The notes beneath the pieces are model-generated. The model did no database searches and was not told the origin of the DNA. It saw only the letters and a program-made list of their open reading frames with translations. Position numbers and translations under genes: made by a program. A DNA stretch of 64,000 nucleotides from Oopsacas minuta (Eukaryota; Animalia; Porifera): positions 310,001-374,000 of the forward strand of contig JAKMXF010000022.1 of assembly GCA_024704765.1 (NCBI GenBank), given 5' to 3'. Shown here one piece after another: positions 12,874 to 25,089 of this stretch. Numbering within the stretch: position 1 is the stretch's first letter; each line of letters opens with the position of its first letter.

Positions 12874-15276
12874 ATGGCAACTAGGAAGCATAATGTAGAT
12901 ACTGCTACCTCTTCTGCGAAAAGAACTAAAGTCGACCCGACTAATGGCGCCTCCTCGCCCTCTAGCTCCCTGGACTATACGTGGGAGTGGAGAGAGAGTG
13001 GAACTGACGAGTGGTCAGCGTACAGCTCTGGAGAACAAGAACGAATATCAGAAGCATTTGTAAAAGATAAACAATTTAAACTGGAGTCTCTTTCCAAAGA
13101 TACTTTATTTCTTGATTTCCAAAATATGACTCATTCAACAGAGAGCTCAACTGATAAGTTTGAATTTCGCTGTCGCTACAACGATCTGACTTACAACGAT
13201 CGTTGGCAGTGGAAAGAAGATTCTGGAATCTGGAAAGATTATGCTGATGAAGAGAAAAGAAGAATTGAATCTGCTCAAACTCTTGAACTCTACACTATAC
13301 AGATTATTTTAGGTTCAGCAATTTACGAAATCGATTTCTCCAAACATTTACAGACGAATTTGAAATCTAAATGTAGACGAAGTATTCGTAAGTATGATGC
13401 TGAGAAAGACCCAGTTGTCGCTAAACCTAAATGGCAATGGAAGGATGATACAGGTAAATGGAAAGATTTTTCTGATGAATTAAATGAAGAAATCGACAAT
13501 GAATATCAAGCAAGCAAATCTAAATTTTCATTCAAGATTGGTGCAAACAATTACAACCTTGATTTTGTTACAAGACTACAAGTGAATATTGTTACAGGTA
13601 TATCGCGACAAGTGAGGAGAAATGAACCAAAGACAGGTACTAGTACAAAAGCAAATGCACCGTTAAAATCTGATCCAATTTCTAACAAACAAAAATTCGA
13701 ATCTGAGGCTGAACCAGTCCCGACTAGCAGCACGGCTGAAGAAGAACCTAAATCTAAGACAACTGAGAAAAGTGTAAAATTTACAGGAAAGTCAATACTA
13801 CACCCATCTCTGAGCTCTCTAAAAGGCGCAGAAATCTATTCAGAAGGTGAGGATGTTTATGACGTCATGTTAAATCAGACTAATTTGAAGAATAACAACA
13901 ATAAATTCTACACAATCCAATTAATTCAGAGCTTATCCGGCACACAAAAGCACTTTAGTGTGTTTACTAGATGGGGACGTGTTGGCTTGTCCGGTCAGTG
14001 TAGTACGGAGGGATATGGTCCAGACCTACAACGTGCTAAGGGGAAATTTGAGCAAAAATTCTACGATAAGACTAACAACAGTTGGGAAGATAGGGATGAC
14101 TTCGTTAAAACTCCCGGGAAATATGATCTACTGGATATGGATTACGGAGAAGATGAAAAAGACGATTTGACCAAAGATATAAAGAATGCCTCAGATAGTG
14201 ATGAAGAAATGGAAGTAGGAGTTGAATCTAAACTGCAGAAGAGTCTGCAATCATTGATTGAATTTGTTTCTGATGTGAAAGCCTTCGAGACAATTATGAA
14301 AGAAATGAAATATGATACGAAAAAAGCTCCTCTAGGAAAGTTAACCAAATTACAGATAGAATCTGGAGTTATTGCTCTGAAGGAGATAGAAAAACTTATT
14401 AAAAAAGGGAAATTAGGAAATGAATTGACTGAGGCTTGTAACACATTCTACACTCGGATTCCGCATTGTTTCGGAATGACACGCCCTCCCATTCTATCCA
14501 CTGACGAGGACATTAAGGAAAAGATAGCTCTGATGGAAGCACTCGGAGATATTGAGATTGCTGTAACTCTCCTGAAGGAGAGCAATAAAACAGATGTTCA
14601 TCCAGTTGACCAGCACTACCTGGGTCTTAATTGCGAAATGGAGCCAATTTCTCGTATTTCAGACGAGTTCAAGTTAGTGGAGAAATACACTCTCCAAACA
14701 CACGGACCAACACACAGCCAATACACAATGCTAATCTTAGACATCTTTAAAACTTCAAAATCAAACCAGGACAATAATTTTGTGGATCATGGGAACAGGG
14801 TGCTACTCTGGCACGGTTCTCGTCTTACTAACTGGGTGGGGATCCTTAGTCAGGGGTTGAGGATAGCTCCACCAGAAGCTCCAACTACTGGCTATATGTT
14901 TGGCAAGGGATTATACTTTGCTGATGTTTCTTCAAAAAGTGCCAACTACTGCTATGCCACTCCTTCTAATAACCAGGGATGCTTGTTACTGTGTGAAGTA
15001 TCTCTAGGCAATACCAATAACCTGTTAGCAGCTGATTATGATGCCAGTGATCTGCCCTCTGGCACACACAGCACGTTTGCAAGTGGGAAAATGGTACCAG
15101 ATCCTGCTGAAGAAGTTACTATGGATGATGGCTGTAAAGTACCTTTAGGGAAAATAATGAAAACATCTGTCACTAATCCATCTGGATATACTCTTAATTA
15201 CAACGAGTATGTTGTGTATAATGTCAATCAGGTTAAGTTCCGATATCTTCTCAGGGTAAAGTTCAATTTCAAGTAA
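12874..15276 (+). CDS. Poly(ADP-ribose) polymerase, PARP2-like, with 3 N-terminal WWE domains, then WGR, regulatory and catalytic domains; intronless
   Basis: Three W-x-W...W..Y/F...DF repeats; NNNKFYTIQL...FTRWGRVG (WGR); LLWHGSRLTNW...GYMFGKGLYFAD...LNYNEYVVY gives an intact H-Y-E triad. Confidence 0.93.
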   Translation: MATRKHNVDTATSSAKRTKVDPTNGASSPSSSLDYTWEWRESGTDEWSAYSSGEQERISEAFVKDKQFKLESLSKDTLFLDFQNMTHSTESSTDKFEFRCRYNDLTYNDRWQWKEDSGIWKDYADEEKRRIESAQTLELYTIQIILGSAIYEIDFSKHLQTNLKSKCRRSIRKYDAEKDPVVAKPKWQWKDDTGKWKDFSDELNEEIDNEYQASKSKFSFKIGANNYNLDFVTRLQVNIVTGISRQVRRNEPKTGTSTKANAPLKSDPISNKQKFESEAEPVPTSSTAEEEPKSKTTEKSVKFTGKSILHPSLSSLKGAEIYSEGEDVYDVMLNQTNLKNNNNKFYTIQLIQSLSGTQKHFSVFTRWGRVGLSGQCSTEGYGPDLQRAKGKFEQKFYDKTNNSWEDRDDFVKTPGKYDLLDMDYGEDEKDDLTKDIKNASDSDEEMEVGVESKLQKSLQSLIEFVSDVKAFETIMKEMKYDTKKAPLGKLTKLQIESGVIALKEIEKLIKKGKLGNELTEACNTFYTRIPHCFGMTRPPILSTDEDIKEKIALMEALGDIEIAVTLLKESNKTDVHPVDQHYLGLNCEMEPISRISDEFKLVEKYTLQTHGPTHSQYTMLILDIFKTSKSNQDNNFVDHGNRVLLWHGSRLTNWVGILSQGLRIAPPEAPTTGYMFGKGLYFADVSSKSANYCYATPSNNQGCLLLCEVSLGNTNNLLAADYDASDLPSGTHSTFASGKMVPDPAEEVTMDDGCKVPLGKIMKTSVTNPSGYTLNYNEYVVYNVNQVKFRYLLRVKFNFK

Positions 15277-15533
15277 TAACTCTTGAGGGTAGAAGTTAGA
15301 TTTGCATGTTAATTGATCATCACTGAATATTATCAGTTCTCATATTGATTAGAACTTCCTTTTCAATAATGTATTTTAGTTATTGAAGATTATGCGAATG
15401 CTGAATTTTATAATGATAGACCTTTTATTATTCTCTATTAATGCTAATTAATTATTTCTAGTAATTAAACAATTATTCTTTTCATAACTATTCTTACTTC
15501 GGTTTTAATTACAAAATACATAGATCATATTTC

Positions 15534-16097
15534 ATGGCCGAGGCTAATCCAGAGCCCTCAACAGCTGATAACAGCACCCCTAATACTAGTACTACTGATG
15601 TTAAGGAAGAAAGTAACAGATCTCCTTTCGAGTGTAACATATGCTTTGACACTGCTCATGATGCTGTTGTGAGTAAGTGCGGACATCTTTACTGTTGGGC
15701 TTGTATTTACCAATGGATTAACCAGAAACCGCTTAATCCAACCTGTCCTGTATGTAAAGGTGCAATTTCAAAGGACACACTGACTCCAATTTATGGAAAA
15801 TCTGGCAATCAGAGTGACCCAAGAAACGAAGCACCGCCCAGGCCGCAAGGACAGCGTGAGGAATCTCCCCAACAGAATACCTTCTTTGGAGGGCCATTCG
15901 GGAACGAGCTAACTTTTCAAATTGGGATCGGAGCTTTTCCTTTTGGCCTTTTTACCAATTTTGGGCCATTTAACTACCCCGGCCCTCATGGCCAAAACCG
16001 TCAACAACAACAACATCCAGAGGCTGAGCAAGAGAGAACTCTTTCAAAGATATTCATTTATATCGCTATTGTGTTTATTATATGGGTTCTATACTAA
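15534..16097 (+). CDS. RNF5: RNF5/RNF185-family ER RING E3 ligase
   Basis: FECNICFDTAHDAVVSKCGHLYCWACIYQW...CPVCK...PIYGK, then DPRNEAPPRPQGQRE, FQIGIGAFPFG and a C-terminal TM helix. Confidence 0.9.
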   Translation: MAEANPEPSTADNSTPNTSTTDVKEESNRSPFECNICFDTAHDAVVSKCGHLYCWACIYQWINQKPLNPTCPVCKGAISKDTLTPIYGKSGNQSDPRNEAPPRPQGQREESPQQNTFFGGPFGNELTFQIGIGAFPFGLFTNFGPFNYPGPHGQNRQQQQHPEAEQERTLSKIFIYIAIVFIIWVLY

Positions 16098-16768
16098 ACA
16101 ACAAATCTCTAACATAATACAATTCAGGTCTGATTACAATTGCTATGTCTATTGTCTTGTTTGTTAGAGTTGTAGGTTCCTTGGTATGGAAACACAAATA
16201 ATTAATGGGAAGTTCAATAAATCTTTTCATACTTGTAATCTATTCATTAAGACTTTTCTTAACTTTAATTTTCATTACATTTATTGGACTATCTTGTCCC
16301 TAATTGCATTATTGATTGGGAGTAGAGACTTGAAATTATCCATAATTTAATACACAAAGTTGAATTGTTCAAATTAGCAATGAATAGTAATATTCCAGTT
16401 CTGATAATTAAACAATAATTGTATTAGCATGCGTATATCTGTTCTTAGCAAATCAGTATAATTTGCATTCATGTACCTGTAAGCCCCCTATCACAGATGT
16501 ATCGTTTAATAATAATCTGTCGTATATTACTAGAGTGCACAAAAATGCTCAATTATCAGGTCAGATTAGTGCTGTAAGTATGTAAAATCAAAACTTTAAT
16601 CTTAACTACAATCCTAGATTAGCTAAACACTGATAACCAGTTTTATTATTCTCATCTGTTTTATTACTTTTCTCCTTGAATTCTGACAGTATGTATTATG
16701 AACTTAGTTACTAATGATACAACTTTTGTTCTATAGTTGACATTTTTCACTAATTATATTTAGTTAGA

Positions 16769-19700
16769 ATGTACAATGCATCTGCCACTGGGACAGATGA
16801 AACTAGATTATCTCGCAAGAAAGTTACTAATTACAAATCTACGATGAACTCTCTATCTAGAAAGTATCCACTTGTTATTATTTCACCAAATAAGGAGCTT
16901 CTTAACAGTTCAAATAACAGAGAATTCTCTAGCAAATCCGATCTTCAACAGATGAGCATTAATGTTCGTAAACTTATGTAGTTATGCGTATCCACATGTC
17001 AACCTTATTATATATCTATAATTAGAAAATGTTTTTAATTACGCAAATACAATATTTTCCAATATATTATATCAATCGTTTAACAAATATTTTGTATATG
17101 ATCAGCAGAAAAGTAAGAAATCACCAAATGTATTTCGGTTAACCCAGGAAGCTAATCTAAATTGGGAACTACTCAAGAAAAAGAAATTGAATAAAACATA
17201 CTCTGTATCATCTACCCAGCAGATAGGAATGCCAATTTATAACTCTACACAAATCGTCGAACAAGGTGAATAATCTATGATTAGTAGGCCTTTAGGTATT
17301 TTATATTTTATCTCTTCGTTAGAATCTGATAGTGTATGTTCTCCACACAGATTGAATTCTCCAAACAGAGCTAAATTAAGGATGTCACCTGCCATCGACC
17401 TCCCTATACGCAATCAACAACATGGTACGAACTATGGATTTATACTAACTTTTTAGTTAAACAATTATTAATAATTCTCCCTTAGAAGAAGCTATTATTC
17501 CTTCTAACAAATCAAAACATAAATCAGCCTTAAGAACATCTTCAAGATCAAACAGAGGTTTAACAACAAAATATTCAAATCACCTAAATATTAACGACAA
17601 GGACAAAAACGACGATCAATCTATAGGTAGCAATTCACTACCAAATGAAAAGTATCCAATCTCAAAAGCTCAGCTAGTTTCTAGACTAATTTCTAGCACA
17701 AATAAGTTAGAGCATTCAAAGTCTATCTTACATAGACGAGCTAGTAAGTTTAAAAGTGACTAGTTAGGAATTTGCCTACTAAACCACAGTATAATTGACT
17801 TATTAGATTATGGTTTTAATTAGCATATTTTATCTAGAATTACACTTAACAACACCTAATTCAAAATTAAAAGACCACTTAACACATCACGTTAATTCTA
17901 AATTCAGTTCTTCCCTCAAAGTAAAATCGCCTACTAAATTAGACAACTCATATTCACCTCCCAACTTCTCACTCAACACATCTCACCAGGTGGTTAGAAA
18001 TGGAAAATATATTCACCTCAAAGTAATTTGTAAAACAGCTCAACAAAATATTTCCCTATTTTATTGTTATAGTAATATTATTGTATTTCTCTGAATCTTT
18101 TGCTAATCTTTATTCGAATTTGAAATATCTTTAGTCAGGCACTAATGATCAGATTCCAGAACAAGAGAGATTAGAGATTTCACTCAAAAGGAACTATTCA
18201 AATAACTCGTTAGCAGCTTTAGATACAGATAATTGTTCTGAAAAGTCCTCAGACGATGAGACAAGTACTCAGATAGAGACAGGTATGGTGGGTGTGTACC
18301 TTGAAGCTTCTTATCCTCAGCTCCCTCCCCTCTGCTCTCTCTGCTGTTCTGCCGGACCCCATGAGGCAAGTACCAATTTACATCTCAATAACTAAATTCA
18401 TTTTAATTGATACAGTAGAACTCGATTAGTACGTACACGTCTTAAGACGTACTTTTCTCCAAAACTGATTTCCAAATCTTGTATTAATGGTATCTATGAG
18501 AATATTCGGATAAGACATGCTCTGGTTAAGTACGTACTATTTTTGTTTCCCAAGGGGTTACGTCTTATCCTGGTCCTATATTCTACAGTATATTATTTCT
18601 AGTTAATCTACTGTTCTATCTGTTGTGACTGCTATCATCATTTCTGTGTTGGATTAGAATCTGATTCCTCAGGTGCAGACACCTGGATGTGCTCTTCTTG
18701 TACAAGTTGTGCAGTGTGTCGCAGAGGTAGAGATGTAGACATTGTAAGTTATTTAAATTAAATGCTATGTCAGATTTCGCACAGTACATTCTTGACTACA
18801 GTAAATGTTTCTAACATCATAGCGTAAGATTGTAACTGAATGTAACCAAATACACTCTGGAACACAATGATTGTGTTTATTGAAAGTAAAATATATTAAC
18901 GCGTTGGTTGAAATATAACCTTTACATTTTATTCATGTTGCCTACATATCATTACTCAACATTCAATTATTAAACCACTACCGATACAACCAATAGGTAA
19001 TTTAGCTTGCAATGTTTACTCATCATCTTGACTACTGGAATTCTGAGTACTTAATAGTGGTAAAATAAATCTATGCATTGCTCTATAATTTTATTCAACC
19101 ATAGTTCATTTGATTTGCTAGAAATTTGTAGAAATTATATTGCCTTCCTGTTCTTGCAAATCGCGATGTTTCTGCAAAAATATCGATTCAGTTCAATGTA
19201 CAACCAGCTTCCTCGAATTATTCGAGGATTCAAAAGTAACTATTCTCTTGTTTCACAACGTCATGTTCAAGACACAAACGTTTCTTACCTAAACCCATCA
19301 TTGCATTTCATCCGTAATATAACCAGAAATACATTATCTCGATCTATCACAACAGCCAGATTTCATAGTACAGTTACTAGCTTTTCCATTTCCGCTTTTC
19401 CTAAAGTTGAAACATCTCCTATCCCTTATACTGTCACGAACAAGCGAGGTCTCGTTACCTACAGCAAGTTAGGTAAATTCAAACCCAATAAAGCAGTAGT
19501 GGCTCGTTTCAGATTGACTAGCACTGGTAGAGTGAAGAGATGGAGATGCAGAACACGTAAAAACTTAAAGAGACGGGGCAAGGTCATGATGGAGGAGAAC
19601 TGGAGAGCTCAGAAGATACGTATAATGCTGGGACGATGTAAATTCAATATTAGGAGACATCACTCTTGGGTTGATTAATATTGACATTTATAACAATTTA

Positions 19701-22700
19701 TTATTTACTTTATCTGTATTGTGTTGTTGTTATTTTACACAAACTAACAATGTAACAAGTATTGTAGTAATAATTGTAGTTTCCTAATTCACTTTGGATT
19801 AATACACAAAATTAATATTCTATTTCTTAGATCCATCAGTGCTACAAATGTCAGACTTATTATCATATGGGGTGTCTAGGGATACATCTACCCTTCCCCC
19901 TTGCAGAGGAGGGGTCCAATAACTGGCCATGTCCAAGATGTGTAATCTGTCAAGGTTGTGGAACACAGAGGCCAGAAAAGGTGTTTGTTGTAATTTACAA
20001 ATATCAGGTTCTAGATAATTTACTTTCATATACTCTAGTTCCCAGAACAATTAACTGGTGAAAAAGTGTTCTGCAAGAGATGTATCTTCCTGAGAAAGAA
20101 AGGAAATTTCTGTCCGGTTTGTGACAAAGTCTATGAGGATAACAATTGGAATTGTCGGGTATGATATTGTAATAATTAACTATGGATTAATGCAGTAAAT
20201 TTAACAAAACATGTTTAGATGATACAATGTGATGACTGTAAGGCTTGGTTGCATGATACCTGTGAATCTTTATCAGATGAAGACTACCATCTACTTGGAG
20301 AACTCCCTGGTAACTTTCCTTACACGTGCTCTATCTGTCATAAAATGTCAGCTGATTCAAGTGAAGTTGCACCATGGAGACGTGCAGTAGATGAGGATAG
20401 AAACAAACGTATACATTCAGTCAGTTATTCTCACACCAGGGTTGCTGTGGGAAGGGATTTTATTCCCATAAGATTATGTACTTGCATTTCTATTAGAATT
20501 CCCATGTGATTTACAATAAGATTCCCGTATGATTAAGATTCACATAAGATTTGACATATGATCAGAAGGAGCCTGGTGTGGCAATGGCTGCATTAATCCT
20601 ACCAAATTATGAGTTTTCAAACTACCCACATTAATATAGCAAAATCTCAGCACGGAAAATACTAGGAATTGTATTCCCATAGTATCCCTGTTTTCTCTAG
20701 TATAGTTTGATACTTTATTTTATTTTAATTATATTACGTTGTAGATAGTATACCAACTAAAATCTCAACAAATGTTAGGTAACCTCTTGATCAATTTAGA
20801 AAGTGCCCCCAATGTAAGTCTTATACTATAAATTAATAGGAAAATTATGTATTTTCAGATATTCAATCTTTCTTCAGGGGATGAAATCTTTCCACTCAAC
20901 TCTAATAACGGTTATATCGAATGTTGATAATTGCACATATTTCACTGTTACAGCTTTTTGTAAGGATTTTATGAGTGTAATGCATGAGATATTCAAACTT
21001 GTCGATAAGCACAGTCTCATCCACAGATACACGTTCTCATTACAAACTATGTTCATTAAAGTAAGCTATTTTACATTTTCAATTTCAAACTTAAAATACT
21101 TACGTATTTAGTTAATTAACACTAGATATTCTATAGCTTATTTGTCAAGAATTTCCCTGGTTCGTGATACCACTGATTGGCTCTTCTGTTCCTCATTCTC
21201 GTTCCACAAAACAAGAAAAAAAGAGAAAGCTTTCAACTAGAAATTGTGACTATTTCCCTTCCTCAGATTTTTTCAATCCTACTGATTCATCAGTACTTTT
21301 CCCCGCTTACAAATTTGACCACAAATATGCTAAATCAAATTCTGAGAGTAACAGTCCTAAAAAGAGAAAAATATTATCACACAAATCATTTTCTTCTCCT
21401 CTAAAACAGAATCCAATAGACAGGAGACAATGTATCTTATGCAAGGAAATAGGAGATGCATTAGGGGAGGTGATTATCAACTGATGGGCTATACATATAC
21501 TACTTAATTATTAATTATTTTAACTAAATATAGAAAGAGGGACGGCTTCTTCCTTGTGGTATCAACGAGTGGGTCCATATAAACTGTGCCATCTGGTCTT
21601 CTGATGTAAGTAATAATTACTTCATTATTTATGACAACATAACAGCTATAAGTTTTAATCTAGGTATACACCAGAGGGAGTTGTATTAAGAATATCGATA
21701 CAGCATTGCTGACTGGTCTGAAGTCATGCTGTAGTTTGTGTGGCCTTCTAGGCGCTACAGTTGGTTGCTACAACAAATATTGTCTGCAAATGGTGCATTA
21801 CAAATGTGCTTTTAATGAACACTGGGTATTCCTAAAGAATATGAAAGTATATTGTCCTGAACATGGAAGCTCATTTAATTCAGAGGTACTATTAATTTAT
21901 GGGTTTACTTATTCAGCCATCATTGGTGGTGTGTATTAAATCTCTATACAATAATTACATGTACGGATGATCGCTAGACCCCACAGATGAGATCTACAAT
22001 CAGAGAAAGACACTTAACTACCCCTATTGAAATTTCTCATCGGTGATAACGAATTACCGATAATCTAATAGAGTATTTATTCTTAATATTTATACAACAA
22101 TTATCTCTTCAATATGTATCAAGCTTCAAAGCTAGCGTAAATGTACTTAATACAATGTAGAAGTATTTTTATGGTAAATGCAGTATGCAGTATGTCTACA
22201 TTTTTCCAAATATGGAAATTTCGTCTAACGTTTAAAACACTTAACTAGTTTGTGATAGTATGTTATTTTATAGATATATTTAACAATAGTAAATCATTGC
22301 AAAATAATTATTTGACTTGTTGGCCGACCCACCCGGCGACGTAATTGCTAACTAAATAGTTAAGAATATAATCTCTTCCTTGTATACCACTAGTTTGTGT
22401 GCAGCGAGACTGACTTTCTTATTGACGAGTTCTTGTTTGTGGAGTCAACTTCCTCACAGAAAAAACGTCTACAGAATATGACTCAACTTACAGGCCCACG
22501 CAAGCTTAATATTGTATCAGGTAACTGATAACACACATTTGAATTGTATTCATACTTTATTATTATATTATTTGTAGGGTGTGTAAGGGTGTACTCCCTT
22601 GGATCTATAGTCCCTTCATCTGATACTAGGGATGCGATATATCCTGTCAATTTTAGGTCAGTTTATATGAATACTTACAATAACTGTAAAAGAATTTGCA

Positions 22701-24584
22701 TTATAATAGAGTAGGTAATTATGTAAAGATTCGTAGAAATGTAATTTGATGTGACTGTTATCGAAAATATTCAATTTTGACGCAAGCCCTACTTTTGTTA
22801 CATTTGCGTGTCTCTAATTCCATTAAGACGACCAGAATATCTTTTCCTGCTTCCCTATTGTATTCAAATTAGATCCTCTCGGCTATTCTGGAGTATACGG
22901 AAACCTAACATACTTTCTACATACACTTGTTTTGTTAAAGAATACATTCCTGATGAACCTATTACTCACCAAGATATTAACTATACTATTCCACATGATC
23001 CCGATTCAAAGAATACTCATATTTCTCTCACAAACGCAAAACTACAAAATTCCCTCAAAGAGAAGCATTCACAAACATCTACAGTTTCTCTCTCCTTAAT
23101 TTCCCCCCACAGTTCTAAGGAATTATTAGAATTTGATAAAGTTAAGCTTGACTCTCCTCCTCCAGTAGAGATTAGCTCAGATATTAATCTAGGATCAGAC
23201 ATGTGTTCTTCACAATCTCATGTTTTTACAGGATTGTTTGAGCAGAGTTTTCCTTTCTTCAAACAAACTGATTCTTCTGACATCACATTTCAGAAAGTTA
23301 TTAATTATTCTAAGATTTGTGCTAATAAATTATTTCCTCTCACAAATGAAGATTTCTATTTGACTCAGCATCTGACTAGGCTAAGTGATTCCCACTTCTG
23401 TTACCATGACAACGCTCCAAATCAACAGCAGCAACAACCACAAAGTAAACAAATACATATATCTAGACTCAGATTCTTAATTGTTTGTTCAGATGGCTTT
23501 ACAACACAGGGTGACTCGCTGCAAGGTAAGTTGCATTAGTAACTTTTCTAAGTAATTATATACCGTTAACTGACCAAACTCGGTTATAACTGAGTAGTTA
23601 GATATCCAGAATTTTTTTTAATTAACAAACCCTGCTTACCATAAATGAAGCCGAGGTTCCGAGTATTTGCTATAACAGGAATTCACCTTATATTCACTAG
23701 GTGCATGGGATAATGTTATTCATGAGTTGACATTGGCACGGGAAATCAATCATCTACCACCACTCTCTTTCCAATCAACTTTCCCACAAGATATGTTTGG
23801 ATTCACTCTACATAGCGTATCACGTGAATTAGAAAAGCTAGATGATGTCGAGAAGTGCTCAATGTATCAATTCAAATTCCATCAACCATCAATTAGTCAG
23901 GATTGGAGTGATTCAGATCATGTGTATGGAAATAAATTCGGCGCTGCGAGATGTATCTCCTACACAACGAGATCACAATTAGGAATGTTCAACTTTTTCT
24001 ACTCCAAGCACCGTTTGCCTCCACCTCAACCGAACAAGCATAAATTGGCTTCTATTCTGAATGAAGACGAACTATACCCAGAATTGCAATTTCATAATCC
24101 TCAATTTTTCGAGAATGGTACACTCCCTTTTTTCCGTTACCGTCAAATGATAAAGAACCTTCCTAACACTGTCAGAGTGTTCCCCTCAAAAATCCAAGGG
24201 TTAGGAATATATGCGTTAAGAGACATAGATCCAGGAGATATGATAATAGAGTACACCGGTTTGGTTATTCGGCCTTTCATGTGTGACATTAAGGAGGCTC
24301 TATACGAGAGTAAAGGCATTGGTTGTTATATGTTCAAGATAGATCAGAACCAAGTAGTAGATGGGACTATGTCTGGGAATGCTAGCAGATTCATCAATCA
24401 TTCATGTCAACCTAACTGTGCTTCTAAAATTGTAATAATTGAGTTAAAGAAGAAAATATTAATATTTGCACAGAGAAAAATATTAATGGGAGAAGAGTTA
24501 ACTTATGATTACAAATTTCCTCTCGAAGATATCAAAATACCTTGTCTATGTAAATCGAGGAAATGTAGGAAATATATGAACTGA
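16769..24584 (+). CDS. KMT2: KMT2A/B (MLL/Trithorax)-like H3K4 methyltransferase, multi-exon: PHD1-3, ePHD, FYRN, FYRC, WIN, SET, post-SET
   Basis: Spliced exons give LPPLCSLCCSAG|LIYCSICCDCYHHFC, CAVCRRG|IHQCYKCQTYYHMGC, GNFCPVCDKVYED|MIQCDDCKAWLHDTC, GRLLPCGINEWVHINCAIWS, YSLGSIV...IYPVNF, GAARC (WIN) and SKIQGLG...RFINHSCQPNC...EELTYDYKF...CLCKSRKCRKYMN. The 5' exons from 16769 are low-complexity and were linked only by phase-consistent splicing, so they are less certain. Confidence 0.92.
18366..18602 (+). other. GC-AG intron within KMT2 PHD1
   Basis: The exon ends CAT GAG|gcaagt and the next exon starts ttctag|TTA ATC TAC TGT, both in phase 0. Only this junction restores PHD1. Confidence 0.8.
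18412..18590. mobile_element. Degenerate pogo/Tc1-type MITE inside the GC-AG intron
   Basis: Left end TA|CAGTAGAACTCGATTAGTACGTA. The right end TTACGTCTTATCCTGGTCCTATA is a diverged inverted copy. There are internal gataagac/gtacgtac subrepeats. Confidence 0.6.
19166..19678 (+). CDS. MRPL35: Mitochondrial ribosomal protein bL35m, intronless, nested on the same strand in KMT2 intron 18744-19830
   Basis: An Arg/Ser-rich, acid-free presequence (MFLQKYRFSS...) is followed by GLVTYSKLGKFKPNKAVVARFRLTSTGRVKRWR...RRHHSWVD, which resembles the bL35m pattern K-x-x-KAV-x-x-RF...G...R and the C-terminal W/YVD. Confidence 0.8.
   Translation: MFLQKYRFSSMYNQLPRIIRGFKSNYSLVSQRHVQDTNVSYLNPSLHFIRNITRNTLSRSITTARFHSTVTSFSISAFPKVETSPIPYTVTNKRGLVTYSKLGKFKPNKAVVARFRLTSTGRVKRWRCRTRKNLKRRGKVMMEENWRAQKIRIMLGRCKFNIRRHHSWVD
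20437..20690. mobile_element. MITE with CAGGG termini (hAT-like) in a KMT2 intron
   Basis: cagggttgctgtgggaa and ttcccatagtatccctg match at 14 of 17 inverted positions. Internal ATTCCC(A)T and ATAAGATT subrepeats are present. No target-site duplication is visible. Confidence 0.7.
23560..23692. mobile_element. Possible decayed pogo-type MITE in the KMT2 FYRC intron
   Basis: aaactcggttataac on the left and gctataacaggaattcacc on the right resemble the TIR style of the other TA-MITEs, but are heavily diverged. Confidence 0.35.
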
Positions 24585-25089
24585 TGATCATTATCTTCAA
24601 TCTTACAAACTTCATCACTTCCATGTATCAGAATGCTAGTTTTAACCGTTTCAAAATTCAATATTTTCGTATGTGTTGCTTGGATTTTATCAATTATATT
24701 AGAATTATCTTTTATATTACATAATTTGTAGTTTGTGCTTGTTTCCTATGAAACTATTCAATTGAGGCAATTATTTGAAATATTTTATTTATTCATTTGA
24801 GATAAATATTATTATTAGGAAGAAATATGCTGTAAATATATTGGAGATGTCTTGTACATATTGGGAGCTATCTGCTTCATACGAGTTTGCTGATATCCAC
24901 GAATACCTAGATACTTCCTATCACTCCATAATTGTCCCATTCAATTCCTTGTAGGTAATTGGTATAATCTATCAAATTAATCTAGACACGTTTTGAGTGT
25001 TCCACTCATACATTTGTTCTTTACTGAGATATTTATTTTTATTAGTAATTGACTTCAATCTCAATATGATTTGTAATTGATTATTAGTT

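Noticed and set aside
12874-16097. WWE-PARP next to a RING ligase as a split RNF146-like PAR-ubiquitin module
   Set aside because: The RING protein is a typical membrane-anchored RNF5/185, and adjacency is expected in such a gene-dense region.
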